NCBI RefSeq assembly: GCF_011386835.1
Contig: NC_088793.1
Location: 206,150,001-206,214,000 of the forward strand
Origin: Chrysemys picta bellii
Taxonomy: Eukaryota
DNA length: 64,000 bases
Direction: 5' to 3'
The notes beneath the pieces were generated by a model that was not told the DNA's origin, ran no database searches, and saw only the letters and a program-made list of their open reading frames with translations. Positions 12,803-23,899 of the stretch are shown piece by piece (position 1 is the first letter of the stretch; each line of letters opens with the position of its first letter). The position numbers were made by a program, and so were the translations under genes.

Positions 12803-13511
12803 CTGCATGGTGTTATAAATTCATGTTCCAACCCCACAGCCCTGCCCAGATGGAGGTTGGCAAACAGGTCTGTCCTAAACAAAGGAAGGTGTGTTCTGCT
12901 CAATTTGCATTTAAGCAGTAAACAGGTCCTCAAGCAGGAAGGGAAACAAAGAAAGCTCAAACAGGTGACAAGAACCCAGCAGGGAACATCCTTCCCCATA
13001 GACAGTTCGTCTCTTGGTGCCCAGCTGAAATGTTTTTCAGGAGAGGGACTGAAACTATCCAAAGGTTCTGCATTGAACCATGGCTCTAGATGGGGGTCCC
13101 TGAGAGGAACAGAGTTGGGGGTCAGACAGTTGGAGAGTCAATCAGCAGCAGTCCCTACAGCGCTGAAACCCAGGCTGCCTGTGTGAGGAGGGTGACCCTG
13201 CGGGGGAGGTTTAGGTTGGATATTAGGAAACACTATTTCACTAGGAGGGTGGTGAAGCACTGGAATGGGTTATCTAGGGAGGTGGTGGAATGGCCCACTC
13301 GGGGACCCTAGAGACGGATGCCAGCTGCCGCAGCCCAGCCTGTGCCCCCTCCAAGCGGCAGGGCAGGCATCATCTTCTGGGGGGGGGGCTGTTTGGACTC
13401 ATCATTGGGGTAGTGAGTGTTCCTCCGTGCTGGGGGCTCAGTGCATTGGGCTGAGGGGGGTGATGCCTCCTACCCTCCTTGATGCCCATTGTAATGATAG
13501 AGGGTTTGTCT

Positions 13512-15555
13512 GGGCCCAAAAGCACAATTGGAGTTGCAGCCAGCAAGGGATGTGAAGGGTAACAAGAAGGGTTTCTACAGGTACGTTAGCAACAAGAAGG
13601 TGGTCAGGGAAAGTGTGGGCCCCTTACTGAATGGGGGAGGCAACCTAGTGAGAGAGGATGTGGAAAAAGCTGAAGTACTCAATGCTTTTCTTGCCTTGGC
13701 CTTCACAGACAAGGGCAGCTCCCAGACTGCTGCACTGGGCAGCACAGTACGGGGAGGAGGTGAGCAGCCCTCTGTGGTGAAAGAACAGGTTAAGGACTAG
13801 TTAGAAAAACTGGACATGCACAAGTCCATGGGGCCGGATGCGCTGCATCCGAGAGTGCTGAGGGAGTTGGCTGATGTGATTGCAGAGCCAGTGGCCATTA
13901 TCTTTGAAAATTCGTGGCGATCGAGGGAGGTCCCAGACGATTGTAAAAGGGCATATGTAGTGCCCATATTTAAAAAAGGGAAGGAGGAGAATTTGGGGAA
14001 CTACAGACCAGTCAGCCTCACCTCAGTCCCTGGAAAAATCATGGAGCATGTCCTCAAGGAATCCATTTTGAAGAACTTGGAGGAGAGGAAGGTGATTAGG
14101 AACAGTCAACATGGATTCAGCAAGGGCAAGTCATCCCTGACCAACCTGATTCCCTTCTATGAGGAGACAACTGGCTCTGTGGATATGGGGAAAGCAGTGG
14201 ACGTGATATATCTTGACTTTAGCAAAGTTTTTGATACGGTCTCCCACAGTATACTTGCCAGCAAGTTAAAAAAGTATGGATCGGATTAATGGACTATAAG
14301 GTGGATAGAAAGCTGGCTAGATCATCAGCCTCAGTGGGTAGTGACCAATGGCTCCATGTCTAGTTGGCAGCCGGTTTCAAGCGGAGTGCCCCAGGGGTCG
14401 GTCCTGGGGCCAGTTTTGTTCAACATCTTCATTAATGATCTGGATGATGGGATGGATTGTACCCTCAGCAAGTTCACGGATGACACTAAGCTCGGGGGAG
14501 AGGTAGATACGCTGGAGGGTAGGGATAGGGTCCAGAGTGACCTAGACAAATTGAAGGATTGGGCCAAAAGAAATCTGATGAGGTTCAACAAGGACAAGTG
14601 CAGAGTCCTGCACTTAGGAAGGAAGAATCTCACGCACTGCTACAGGCTGGGGACCGACTGGCTAAGCGGCAGTTTTGCAGAAAAGGACCTGGGGATTACA
14701 GTGGATGAGAAGCTGGATACGAGTCAGCAGTGTGCCCTTGTTGCCAAGAAGGCTAATGGCATATTGGGCTGCATTAGGAGGAGCATTGCCAGCAGATCGA
14801 GGGAAGTGATTATTCCCCTCTATTCGGCACTGGTGAGGTCTCATCTGGTATATAGTGTCCAATTTTGGGCCCCCCACTATAGAAAAGATGTGGATAAATT
14901 GGAGAGAGTCCAGTGGAGGGCAATGAAAATGATTAGGGGGCTGGAGCACATGACTTACGAGGAGAGGCTGAGGGAACTGGGATTGTTTAGTCTCCAGAAG
15001 AGAAGAATGAGGGGGGATTTGATAGCAGCCTTCAACTCCCTGAAGGGGGGTTCCAAAGAGGATGGAGCTCGGCTGTTCTCAGTGGTAGCAGATGACAGAA
15101 CAAGGAGCAATGGTCTCAAGTTGCAGTGGGGGAGGTCCAGGTTGGATATTAGGAAACACTATTTCACTAGGAGGGTGGTGAAGCACTGGAATGCGTTACC
15201 TGGGGAGGTGGTGGAATCTCCTTCCTTAGAGGTTTTTAAGGTCAGGCTTGACAAAGCCCTGGCTGGGATGATTTAGTTGGGGATTGGTCCTGCTTTGAGC
15301 AGGGGATTGGACTAGATGATTTTTCATAGATGATTTCATAGACTATCAGGGTTGGAAGGGACCTCAGGAGGTCATCTAGTCCAACCCCCTGCTCAAAACA
15401 GGACCAACCCCCAGACAGATTTTTGCCCCAGATCCCTAAATGGCCCCCTCGAGGATTGAACTCACAACCCTGGGTTTAGCAGGCCAATGCTCAAACCACT
15501 GAGCTATCCCCCACCCTGAGGTCCCTTCCAACCCGGATATTCTATGATTCTATGA
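13512..15555 (+). mobile_element. Relatively young 5'-truncated CR1 LINE (RT and 3' UTR, ATTCTATG tail)
   Basis: ORFs 13528-13800, 13816-14289 and 14341-15276 are collinear ORF2 pieces separated by in-frame stops; SKFTDDTKL motif; tail attctatgattctatga. Confidence 0.96.
15320..15512 (-). mobile_element. Full-length tRNA-derived turtle SINE inserted in the CR1 3' UTR
   Basis: Reverse complement reads GGGATAGCTCAGTGGTTTGAGCATTGGCC...GTTCAATCC (A/B boxes), then a CR1-type tail. Confidence 0.9.
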
Positions 15556-15701
15556 CTGGAGGCTGCGGAGGGGAACAAGGAGCTGGGCCTAGAGGGCAGC
15601 TGGAGGGGTTCTCCCAGAGATGTGCTGCTGCCCCTCGGCGGGGCCCTGCGAGCGTCGCAGAGGCTCCAGGAAGCTCTGTGTTATCCGCGGTGGCCCTGGC
15701 A

Positions 15702-15848
15702 GAATCATAGAATCATAGAATATCAGGGTTGGAAGGGACCTCAGGGGGTCATCTAGTCCAACCCCCTGCTCAAAGCAGGACCAATCCCCAGACAGATTTT
15801 TGCCCCAGATCCCTAAATGGCTCCCTCAAGGATTGAACTCACAACCCT
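15702..15848 (-). mobile_element. Second copy of the same SINE, 5'-truncated
   Basis: Near-identical to 15340-15475; (agaatcat)n tail. Confidence 0.88.
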
Positions 15849-16844
15849 TGGCGTCCCCTCATCGGGACCTAGCTCCTCTTGAACCGAAAGATGCTCATCC
15901 AGGGAGACAGGACAGCCCGGTGTGACCCTGCCAGCTACCTCTGACACCGGCTGCAGCGTGTGCAGCGTGCCCTACTCAGCGCCCGTTCCTGATGCCTGCG
16001 GGTGTGATGACAGGAACGTGGGTCCGGCTGGCAGTTGATGGGCCAGGTCCCCCAGTGTGCTGGGTGCAGCACTGCCAGTGTAGGGGCAGAGGGAAAAAGG
16101 GGTCTGTAGGCCAACTGTATAGCCTGCCGCTGCGCCGCGCCCCACCCCACAACCAGGTCTGCAGCTGGCTGGGGGGTATTCTAGCCTCGGGTCGAATTGA
16201 GCTCAGACTCAGGGCTGCTTGGAGTAGCTCCCCACTTCCGTGGTACCCCAGGAGTGCAGTCCTGACTCCTTATATCCCCAACAGGCACAGTCAAGCGATA
16301 CCCGTCTACCTTGTTTACTGGTGCTTTCACTTGGCATGGGCAGCATTTTCCGTTGCGTTTCCATCTGCCTTCAGGTACAGCCTGACTTCTGTCGTCCCTC
16401 TCGGCCATAGATCCCCCCCCCATTACTCCTCCCTCTTCCTGTGACTTGGGAGTGCCTGGGGTTGGACTAGTGACGGTGAGAAATACTGAAGTTGTTCTAC
16501 AGAATGTAAGATAACTGGGTGTTTTAATGGCGAGAGAACTACCGAGAGCTTAGCAGTGACAAAAACCAGATAAAGCAGGAGGCGAACAGACAATACCCAG
16601 TGAGGCAGATTTGTGAGTAGAACAATTGTGCAGACAAATCCCGGCATGCAGGGAGGTAGATTTCTGAAATACCGAAGAAGTAACTGTGCAGACGCAGCTC
16701 GTTAATTACAAGGACAAAATAGCAATTTGGAAGAGACACGTGCAGGCCGCAGACAGATGGCTGGCTGGGAAACTCGACTCGATGTTTATCGACTGCCTAC
16801 CGTCCTTTGACTTCCAACATTCAAACTATTATTGGCAGACATTT

Positions 16845-17400
16845 GGGCCTTGTCTACACTACGCAGTTTTGCTGGCAAAAGCTGCCTTTTGCCGACAAGA
16901 CAGGGAGGTGCATGCACTACAAAGCGACTTTTGGGGGCAAAACTCTGCTGTTTTGCCGACAAAATAAAACCCCCTCGACGAGAGAGCTTATTGCAGCTAT
17001 GTTACAGTGACAAAGCACCAGTGTAGCCGCTGCTGTTTATGTCCACGTAACTGGCCTCCCCCAGTATCCCACAATGCCCACGTGACCGCTCCGCTCACCC
17101 TTTTGAACCCGGCTCGCCCCGCCCCTTTCAAAGCTCCCGGAAGCGTTGACAGTCCTCAGCGTGGAGAGCTCACAGGGCGGCTGTGGGAGAACTCGGAGGG
17201 AATCAGAACCATTCATTTGGAATCCTGCTCTCCCGGCAGACAGGCAGAGCGGGGTGGCTCTGTGTGAACGTAAAGAGAGAGCACACTGACACCCCTCCGA
17301 CACACACCCTGTTTCTGTGTCTCCCCCACCACACACATTCCCTGTTACACACTCCCATACCCCCCCACCCCCCACATTTCAGTTGAAAAGCAGCTGGCAA
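16845..17400. mobile_element. Non-autonomous Harbinger-like element, truncated, followed by a short CR1 tail fragment (17407-17500)
   Basis: Terminus gggccttgtctacact, similar to the elements at 61217 and 62188. Confidence 0.6.
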
Positions 17401-19614
17401 TCATAGACGATTAGGGTGGGAAGAGACCTCAGGAGGTCATCTAGTCCAATCCCCTGCTCAAAGCAGGACCAATCCTCAACTAAATCATCCCAGCCAGGGC
17501 TGGTCGATTGGGGGGCAGGCAGGGCACAGAGGGGAGCCAGCCCCGGGGCTCTGGGGGATTGGGGACAGGCAGGGTACAGAGGGGAGCTGGCCCCAGGGCC
17601 CTGGGAGATTGGGGACAGGCGGGGCCGACTGCACAGGCCCCCACCCCAAGCACGGGTTTGACTGGAATTCGAGCCAGCCACGTGGGAGGCCGAACTAGTG
17701 GCTGACCAAGAAATTGGCTAATACTGTGTCAATGCCCCGGAAGGCGCCGGAAACGCCCTTTAGAGACGTGTCCCGGCTGCTTGCCTCCCAGCTGGTGTCA
17801 TGCTGCATGGTGGTGGGCTGGGCTGGGGGGGTACAAGCTGCACAGGGGGGGTGGGGGGGGCGCTGAGCGTGGTCCCTGGGTTGCTGGGGGGGGTTGCGTT
17901 GCCAGGACACACCGCACGTTGGGTCTCCGGCCACTCACCAAGCTTCCGATGGGCAGTGGTGGCTGGTGCGACTTTCCCCATGCCTGGGATGGCATGTGGG
18001 GGGGGGAGGGCTGGGACAGAAAGGGAGCACAGGGCCCCACCTGGTGAGACGAGGGCCATGCGGTGGGTGCAGGGGTGGGTTCGGGCCAGAAGTATCGTGG
18101 AAGAGAGGTGGGGAATGAGCAGGGAAAATGGCGCCTGAGCGGGGCAGCAAGGCCACTGGCCGGATACTTCCACCCTCGCCTTTCCCCACATCAGCCAAAC
18201 TAACCCCTCCCCGGCCGTGTCTCTGCCCTCAGCCCGCCTGGCGCAAGGGGCAGAGGGCAGCCGCCACGCATGCGAGGCTTGACGGGGTAGAGCCGTGCCA
18301 GCGAGACAGGCCTGGGAGAGCCGAGCCCCCGCAGAACAGGGAATGCATGCAAGCCCCTGGCAGTGGGGAACACACAGGCAGGCTGGGTGCAGGAGCCCTC
18401 AGTGACGCAGAGGTGTCCAGCCCTCCATCTGCAGGAGGCCTGGGGTCTCTCCCCCATTCAGAGCTAATGGGGCTGTTGGGTTTGGGGATGAGCCTGCGCT
18501 GCACGGTGGCTGATCGTTCCCAAAGCCAACACAGCTTCAGTTTCCTAGTGGAGGTCCAGCACCCCCATCCCTGGGAAGGGGAGCAGCCCAGGTGAGTGAC
18601 TCCCACTCACCCAGGGGTGCAGGGCCAGGCTCCCTGGAGAGAACGGCCCCGTGTGCCTGCAGTGTGAGCTCTATGCCAGCACCAGGCTGGAGGCCCCCAG
18701 TCCCTCTCCCAACATGGCTACACCGCCGCCTAGCTTTTCCAGGGGGCCCAGCCTGCTCTCCAACAGACTGCGTGGCCGGGCCTTCCCTCTCAACCCATCC
18801 CAGGGCCCTTTAGAACGAATGTTTTTGGGTGTTTGCCAAGAAACCAAGTAAGCCGGAGGCTCTGCAGAAAACCCTCCCCCACCCCCTACCTTTGGTATCA
18901 GTTTTAACGTTGTCTGCGGTGTCGACGTAGCCGTGGTGGGCCCAGGATCTTAGCGCGAAAGGTGTGGGCCTGGCTATTGTCGGAATCACGCAGGCACGCG
19001 CATTGCTGGGATACAAGGCTGTATCCAAACTAGCCTCGTTCCCAGGCAGCCACCTGGCTCAGGTACGCGCCAGCAGCCGCATCGCCCCAGCTGGAGCAGC
19101 AAGAGTCGTCCGGCTCTGGGAGTACACTTCCGGCAGGGAGCGCTGGCCCTCCCTCCAGGGTCTCTGCACAATCCACGCTCCCTAGCTCTGCCCCTCCGCA
19201 GCGGGATGCCCGGGCCCCCTGGCGGCCCAGCCAAGCCAACATTAGCAAAGCTGCCCAATGCGGGAGTGTGAAGGGGCAGCAGGATCGCACATGCTCTACC
19301 TGGAGCTCAGACAGAAACACCGCCCGAGACAGGATAGTCGGAGCCAGTGTTCACAGCTCAATGTTTAAGATGCACACGGAGGGAGGGGAGAATGAGGCTG
19401 CAGGGCTCCAGGGTCCCCCTGGGGTCTCTGTTCCCAGAATGACCATGAATGCAGAGCAGAGGGTGGGCCCACCACCCCCTAGCACTGCCAGCTCTAACCA
19501 GCACAGGCCCCTGTCCCTACGGGGAAGAGGTGGCCCCAAATCAGTGGCCCAGGGAGACAGAGGAGGGCAGCGGGATCGCTGGAGCACAAGCCAGAGGGAC
19601 AGGAACATCTAGAG

Positions 19615-19908
19615 CAGGGGTTGGCACCTTTCAGAAGTGGTGTGCCGAGTCTTCATTTATTCACTCTGATTTAAGGTTTTGCGTGCCAGTGATACATTTT
19701 AACGTTTTTAGAAGGTCTCTTTCTATAACTCTATAATATAGAACTAAACTATTGTTGTATGTAAAGTAAATAAGGTTTTTAAAATGTTTAAGAAACTTCA
19801 TTTAAAATTAAATTAAAATGCAGAAGCCCCAGACCGGTGGCCAAGACCCGGGCAGTGTGTGTGCCACTGAAAATCAGCTCGCGTGCCACCTTTGGTTGCC
19901 TACCCCTG
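19615..19908. mobile_element. hAT (Charlie-like) MITE
   Basis: TIRs caggggttggcacc / ggttgcctacccctg; perfect 8-bp TSD ATCTAGAG at 19607-19614 and 19909-19916. Confidence 0.92.
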
Positions 19909-20294
19909 ATCTAGAGTGAGCGGGTGCATGACATAGGCCAAGGGGCAGATTCCTGCTGAGAAGTCGTTTCTTTCCCACACGAGCCAGGGGCGGGGTGGGG
20001 ATTCTTTGCCGGAGCCTGACAAGTTCCCAGCTACTGTCCGACTGGACAGAGGCCGGCTCGGCCTATGGCTCAGAGCCCACAGCATGGTCCAGGGCCTGGA
20101 GACGGGTTTTCTCCTCATTCCACCACTAACCCCCTGGAGGACCGTGGCCAAGCCACTCCCTCTCCGTAAAACGAGACACCTTCATGAAGCAACAGGGCCA
20201 TGTCCGGTTGCTCTGACGGAGGGGCTGGGCTCTTCTGGGGGGACCCCCCCAGCCCCACAGGAGGACACGGAGGCCGGTGCTAGAAGAAAAGCCG

Positions 20295-20300
20295 TTTATT
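20295..20300 (-). terminator. Distal AATAAA polyadenylation signal candidate for CUL9
   Basis: tttatt on the plus strand, about 1 kb past the stop. Confidence 0.45.
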
Positions 20301-21192
20301 TCATAAACGGAAGTTGTATCTGTAGGGTTTTTCTTTTCCAGAAAGATAAAGCATAATCTGTGAACAATGACAGCTTCTGCACATATATATATATATTTAT
20401 ACTATCTATACAGCCTTCCCACACGACCCCCCTTCACGCCAGAGAAGGCCACAGCTCCAATGGTAAATGAGCAAAAATGCAGTTACAGACAACGCGCCCC
20501 TCCAGGCCCAAAACACACACAGCCGGGCTGGGCCGGGGTGGCCGCGCCAAGCCCCCAGGCTGCTCCGGGGGGCACTTTGGCTCCAGTTTGGACACTCAGT
20601 TTGAGAACCGTCCCCATCTCCCCCTGCTGCCGTGTGCACTGCCCTGCCGGGCCTGCCCCCATTCTGGAAGATGCAGTGCAGCGGATGGGAGTGGCCCCGC
20701 ACTGTGAAATTCTCACTCACCGAGCGTGACCGGCAAGTTCACCCAGGGCCAGAGGCAGCACGTTACTTCCAGAGGCACTGCTGGCACCAGGAGTCCGCGT
20801 GTGGGATCCGCCCCCGGGCTGGGAGATGCTATTTCCTGGCATGCCGGGCTGAGACGGCAGAAGCCAGGCAGGTGGGAACGCTATTACTGGGGAAGAGATG
20901 GGGCACTGCACACAGCACATCCCTTCACACCCCCAACTGGGCCTGTCCACCCTCCCCAGGGGCCAGGCCTTCAAGGAAACAGCTGCCCCCATTGCAGGCT
21001 GCCAGCTGCTGCTCTGCTGAGATCCACTGGGGCCAGCCGTATGCCGGAGGGTACGTGCTGGAAAAGGAGCAGAGGTAACAGGTAGTCCCCTCTTGCCAGG
21101 GCTGGTAAGGGCATTGGGACCTGGGCCCAGGGACAGTGGCCAAGCAAGTTCAACAGAGTCACGGAGCAACCAGCCCTAAAAGGAAACTTCCC

Positions 21193-21198
21193 TTTATT
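21193..21198 (-). terminator. Proximal AATAAA polyadenylation signal candidate for CUL9
   Basis: tttatt on the plus strand, about 135 nt past the stop. Confidence 0.55.
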
Positions 21199-21332
21199 GG
21201 AAACTAGCGAACAGCCCCTGCTGGTGTTTGGGGGCCCCCGAGCATGGCTGGGGCAGAGCAGGGAGTGGTGGTGTGTGCAGAGCTGGCGTCACGTTAGGCT
21301 CTAAGATGGGCCCCCGTGTGGCTGAGCCCCCT

Positions 21333-21543
21333 CTAGTCATAAGCTTCATCCTCGTCATCAAAGAAGAAGGAATCGCGCTCTAGATTCTCTGATTCATCGT
21401 CGTAGGAAAAGTTGTCGTCATCAAGGTCTTCATCATCATACTCCTCCTGCCACTCCGGGACGTACTCCTCATCTTCCTCCTCCTCCTCCTCTTTGGCCCC
21501 CTCGTCTGTGTCAGGGGAGTCGGACGCCCCATCGAACTTCAGC
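21333..21543 (-). CDS. CUL9: CUL9 terminal coding exon, acidic tail (LKFDGAS...FFFDDEDEAYD*)
   Basis: 211 nt ending in TAG; tail resembles the recalled human C-terminus ...FFFGDEEEDEDEAYD. Confidence 0.95.
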
Positions 21544-22289
21544 CTGCGCAGAAGCAATGAAGAGAGTGGGCGCACGCCAAGTGTTTCCTGCCCGAGCCGA
21601 GCCTCAGGCAGGCGGGCAGGTCCGGGATGCAGACCTGAGCTCAGAGATGGGCCTGGCGTCCTTCCCCTCCACCCACACTCATGGGCCCTCGGGGCATTGT
21701 CTGGCTCCCCAGCCCGAGAAGCGCTACAGTCAGAGGCTGCAGTGTCCCCTAGGAGTCGGGTGATCGGGGCCCTCTGCATTGGGACAGCCTGTCTCCTGCC
21801 AGGCCTGATGGAGCCACCAATCACAAAGTCTGACACACCAGCTCTGCCAATGGCTAGAGCCCAGGCCTCTGGAAAGAATTCAAAACCCCGCCCTCAGAAA
21901 GCGGGGAGATCCACTCTGGTTGCCTTTCCCTTAGCCCACGGATCCACCAGCGTGGCTCCCTAGGCCCACAGCAATGAGCAGACTGGAGCAGACCTGGCTG
22001 CCAGTTTCCGGGCTCTGACATCAGGGCCGGCAGTAGGCAGGGGTGAAAACTGGCCCCCTGCATCTGGTGATCTCCTGATCCCTACTAGCTAGAGACTCTC
22101 CAGCCCTGAGCAGGAGGTTTCCCATCCCTTCCATCAGCTACGATCGCTCTCCTCTTGTTAGTCACAGAAAGTGGCCATTCTCCTGCTACGTTTCTGGCCT
22201 CAGCCAGCCGACGGCAGTAAGTCTGCAGTGCGATCACCGCTGACAGAGGCTTTCCTTTCACCCACGGTGAAGGATTTGAATTTCCCTTG

Positions 22290-22590
22290 TTCTCACGCTA
22301 GGAGACAGGGAGAACCGAAGCGCCTCATCTGCTTTCCCTGCCCCAGTCTTCACGTCATAGACTTCTACCATCTCCCCTTCGGTCTCATCTCTAAAGTAAA
22401 CAGTCCCGATCTTTTCGGTCTGTCTTCACAGGAGAGCTTTGCAGGCCCCTGGCCGTCCGCGTCACCCTTCTCTGCCCCCCTCTAGCTCGGCACTATCCTG
22501 GGTGAGATGGGGTGACCAGCACTGCGCGCAGTCTCCAGGGGAGGCCACCCCAGGGATTTCTCTAGTGGCATTGCCATCTATTGTTATTCG
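22290..22590 (-). mobile_element. Old CR1 fragment in a CUL9 intron
   Basis: catctctaaagtaaacagtcccgatctttt...ctctagc pattern of antisense CR1 ORF2 C-terminus. Confidence 0.6.
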
Positions 22591-22790
22591 CCTTCTCATT
22601 CTTTAGGGGTTGCTTTGCTCACAGCTGCACACTGGCTGCCTGGTCCCTCTCCCACGGCGACAGTGGACACCCAGGAAGGTGTGGGAGCCCTGAGCTGGTG
22701 TCACGAACACTTCGGCATCCAGTCGGAAATGGCGGCATCCTGCTCCTCCCCTCCCTCCCCGCCCCAGTGTCCCCCGAGAAGGAAACTCAC

Positions 22791-22882
22791 TCTTTGTAAG
22801 GTGGGGCGGCATTAGGCACATTTGACAACTTCATCTCCCTCTGGTCGGAGCCTGGCCGGGCCTGGAAGCCGACGCGGAAATC
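22791..22882 (-). CDS. CUL9: CUL9 exon 35/36 (DFRVGFQARPGS...PPYK)
   Basis: 92 nt; DFRVG matches recalled human CUL9; donor GA|gtgagt. Confidence 0.88.
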
Positions 22883-23031
22883 CTGCCAGGATGGAACAGT
22901 CAGAACAAGAGACTTCACCCCCTGCACGCCCCCACTCACACTCCAGGGCTTAGGGGACAAAGCCTGCCCTTCCCTCCCACCCCACCCGCCGCATCCCCCC
23001 GCTGAAATGGCGAGGCTCCTGCAGCTGGTAC

Positions 23032-23165
23032 CTGAGTGGAGTGCTGCAGGATGGCGAGGAGCCGCTCCTGGATCCTGCGCACCAGCTCCAGGCCAGTGTT
23101 AAAATGCTCGGCTTTGAACAGCCGAATGGAGGAGGCCAGGTCTTGACACTGCAGCAGAGTCTCCT
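23032..23165 (-). CDS. CUL9: CUL9 exon 34/36 (ETLLQCQDLASS...LQHSTQ)
   Basis: 134 nt, manual translation, donor CAG|gtacca. Confidence 0.93.
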
Positions 23166-23253
23166 CTGGAACACAAGAGAGGCAGCGTTACACAGCATCC
23201 CTGCTCAGGGACCTGGCACCAGAAGCGAGAGCGGATGCCCCAAGTGAACGGGG

Positions 23254-23254
<1 letters not shown>

Positions 23255-23291
<37 letters not shown>
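23255..23291. repeat. (CA)18 microsatellite, (UG)n on the CUL9 pre-mRNA
   Basis: Directly visible. Confidence 0.95.
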
Positions 23292-23295
<4 letters not shown>

Positions 23296-23781
23296 TCATA
23301 GCACACTCACTAGGTGGCCTGCTGGCAGCCGCCTTCCTTCTGGCAGGGCTGGGGCGGAGGGAGTGATGGAGACTCCCTCTTGCTCGCCAGCAGCCAGATC
23401 AGATTCCCAAGTTCCAAGGCCAGAAGGAACCACTGTGATGGAGTCTGACCTCCTGTATAGCACAGGGCACAGAACTTCCCTGCACGAACTCCTGTTTGAG
23501 ATAGAGCAGCTCCCTTAGAAACCCAGCCAACCACGGGTTAAAGGTGAACACTGATGGAGACTCCAGGACAACCCTGGGTAAATTGTCCTAGTGGTTAAAA
23601 ATCTGTATCTGATTCCTTTGGACTGGATCCAGGCGGATAAGCTAAGCAGAACCAGGCCAGAGCAGCTCCTGGATGGGACACCTCCAACCCAATACCAGGA
23701 CAGAGCTAAGGAGTCGGTGAGCACGCCTCCCTCACTGCACAGCCGCCCGCCCGCCCCCAGGCCGCAGCACCATCCCCTCAC

Positions 23782-23899
23782 CCAGAAGGATCTGCAGAGC
23801 ATTGGTGTGTAGCTCCAGGTTCTCCGTCTGCTGCTCCATGACATCCATCTTCTCGGTGTCCTGGTTGTAGTAGCTGTAGACAGCGGAGTAAGCCAGCAC
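23782..23899 (-). CDS. CUL9: CUL9 exon 33/36, Ariadne (VLAYSAVYSYY...ALQILL)
   Basis: 118 nt, donor G|gtgagg. Confidence 0.96.

Noticed and set aside
13512-15276. Active, autonomous CR1
   Set aside because: 5'-truncated with no endonuclease domain, has in-frame stops at 13798-13800 and 14287-14289, and a SINE splits the 3' UTR
15440-15512. Stand-alone tRNA gene
   Set aside because: The tRNA-like head is fused to a SINE body and CR1 tail and lacks a complete cloverleaf 3' arm
21544-21836. DNPH1-like GSIR motif in the N-terminal part of ORF 21333-21836
   Set aside because: Only a 4-residue match, lying upstream of the acceptor at 21544 (intronic), and on the wrong strand for the expected synteny
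21412-21963. Ser-rich plus-strand ORF
   Set aside because: Antisense shadow of the Glu/Asp-rich CUL9 terminal exon
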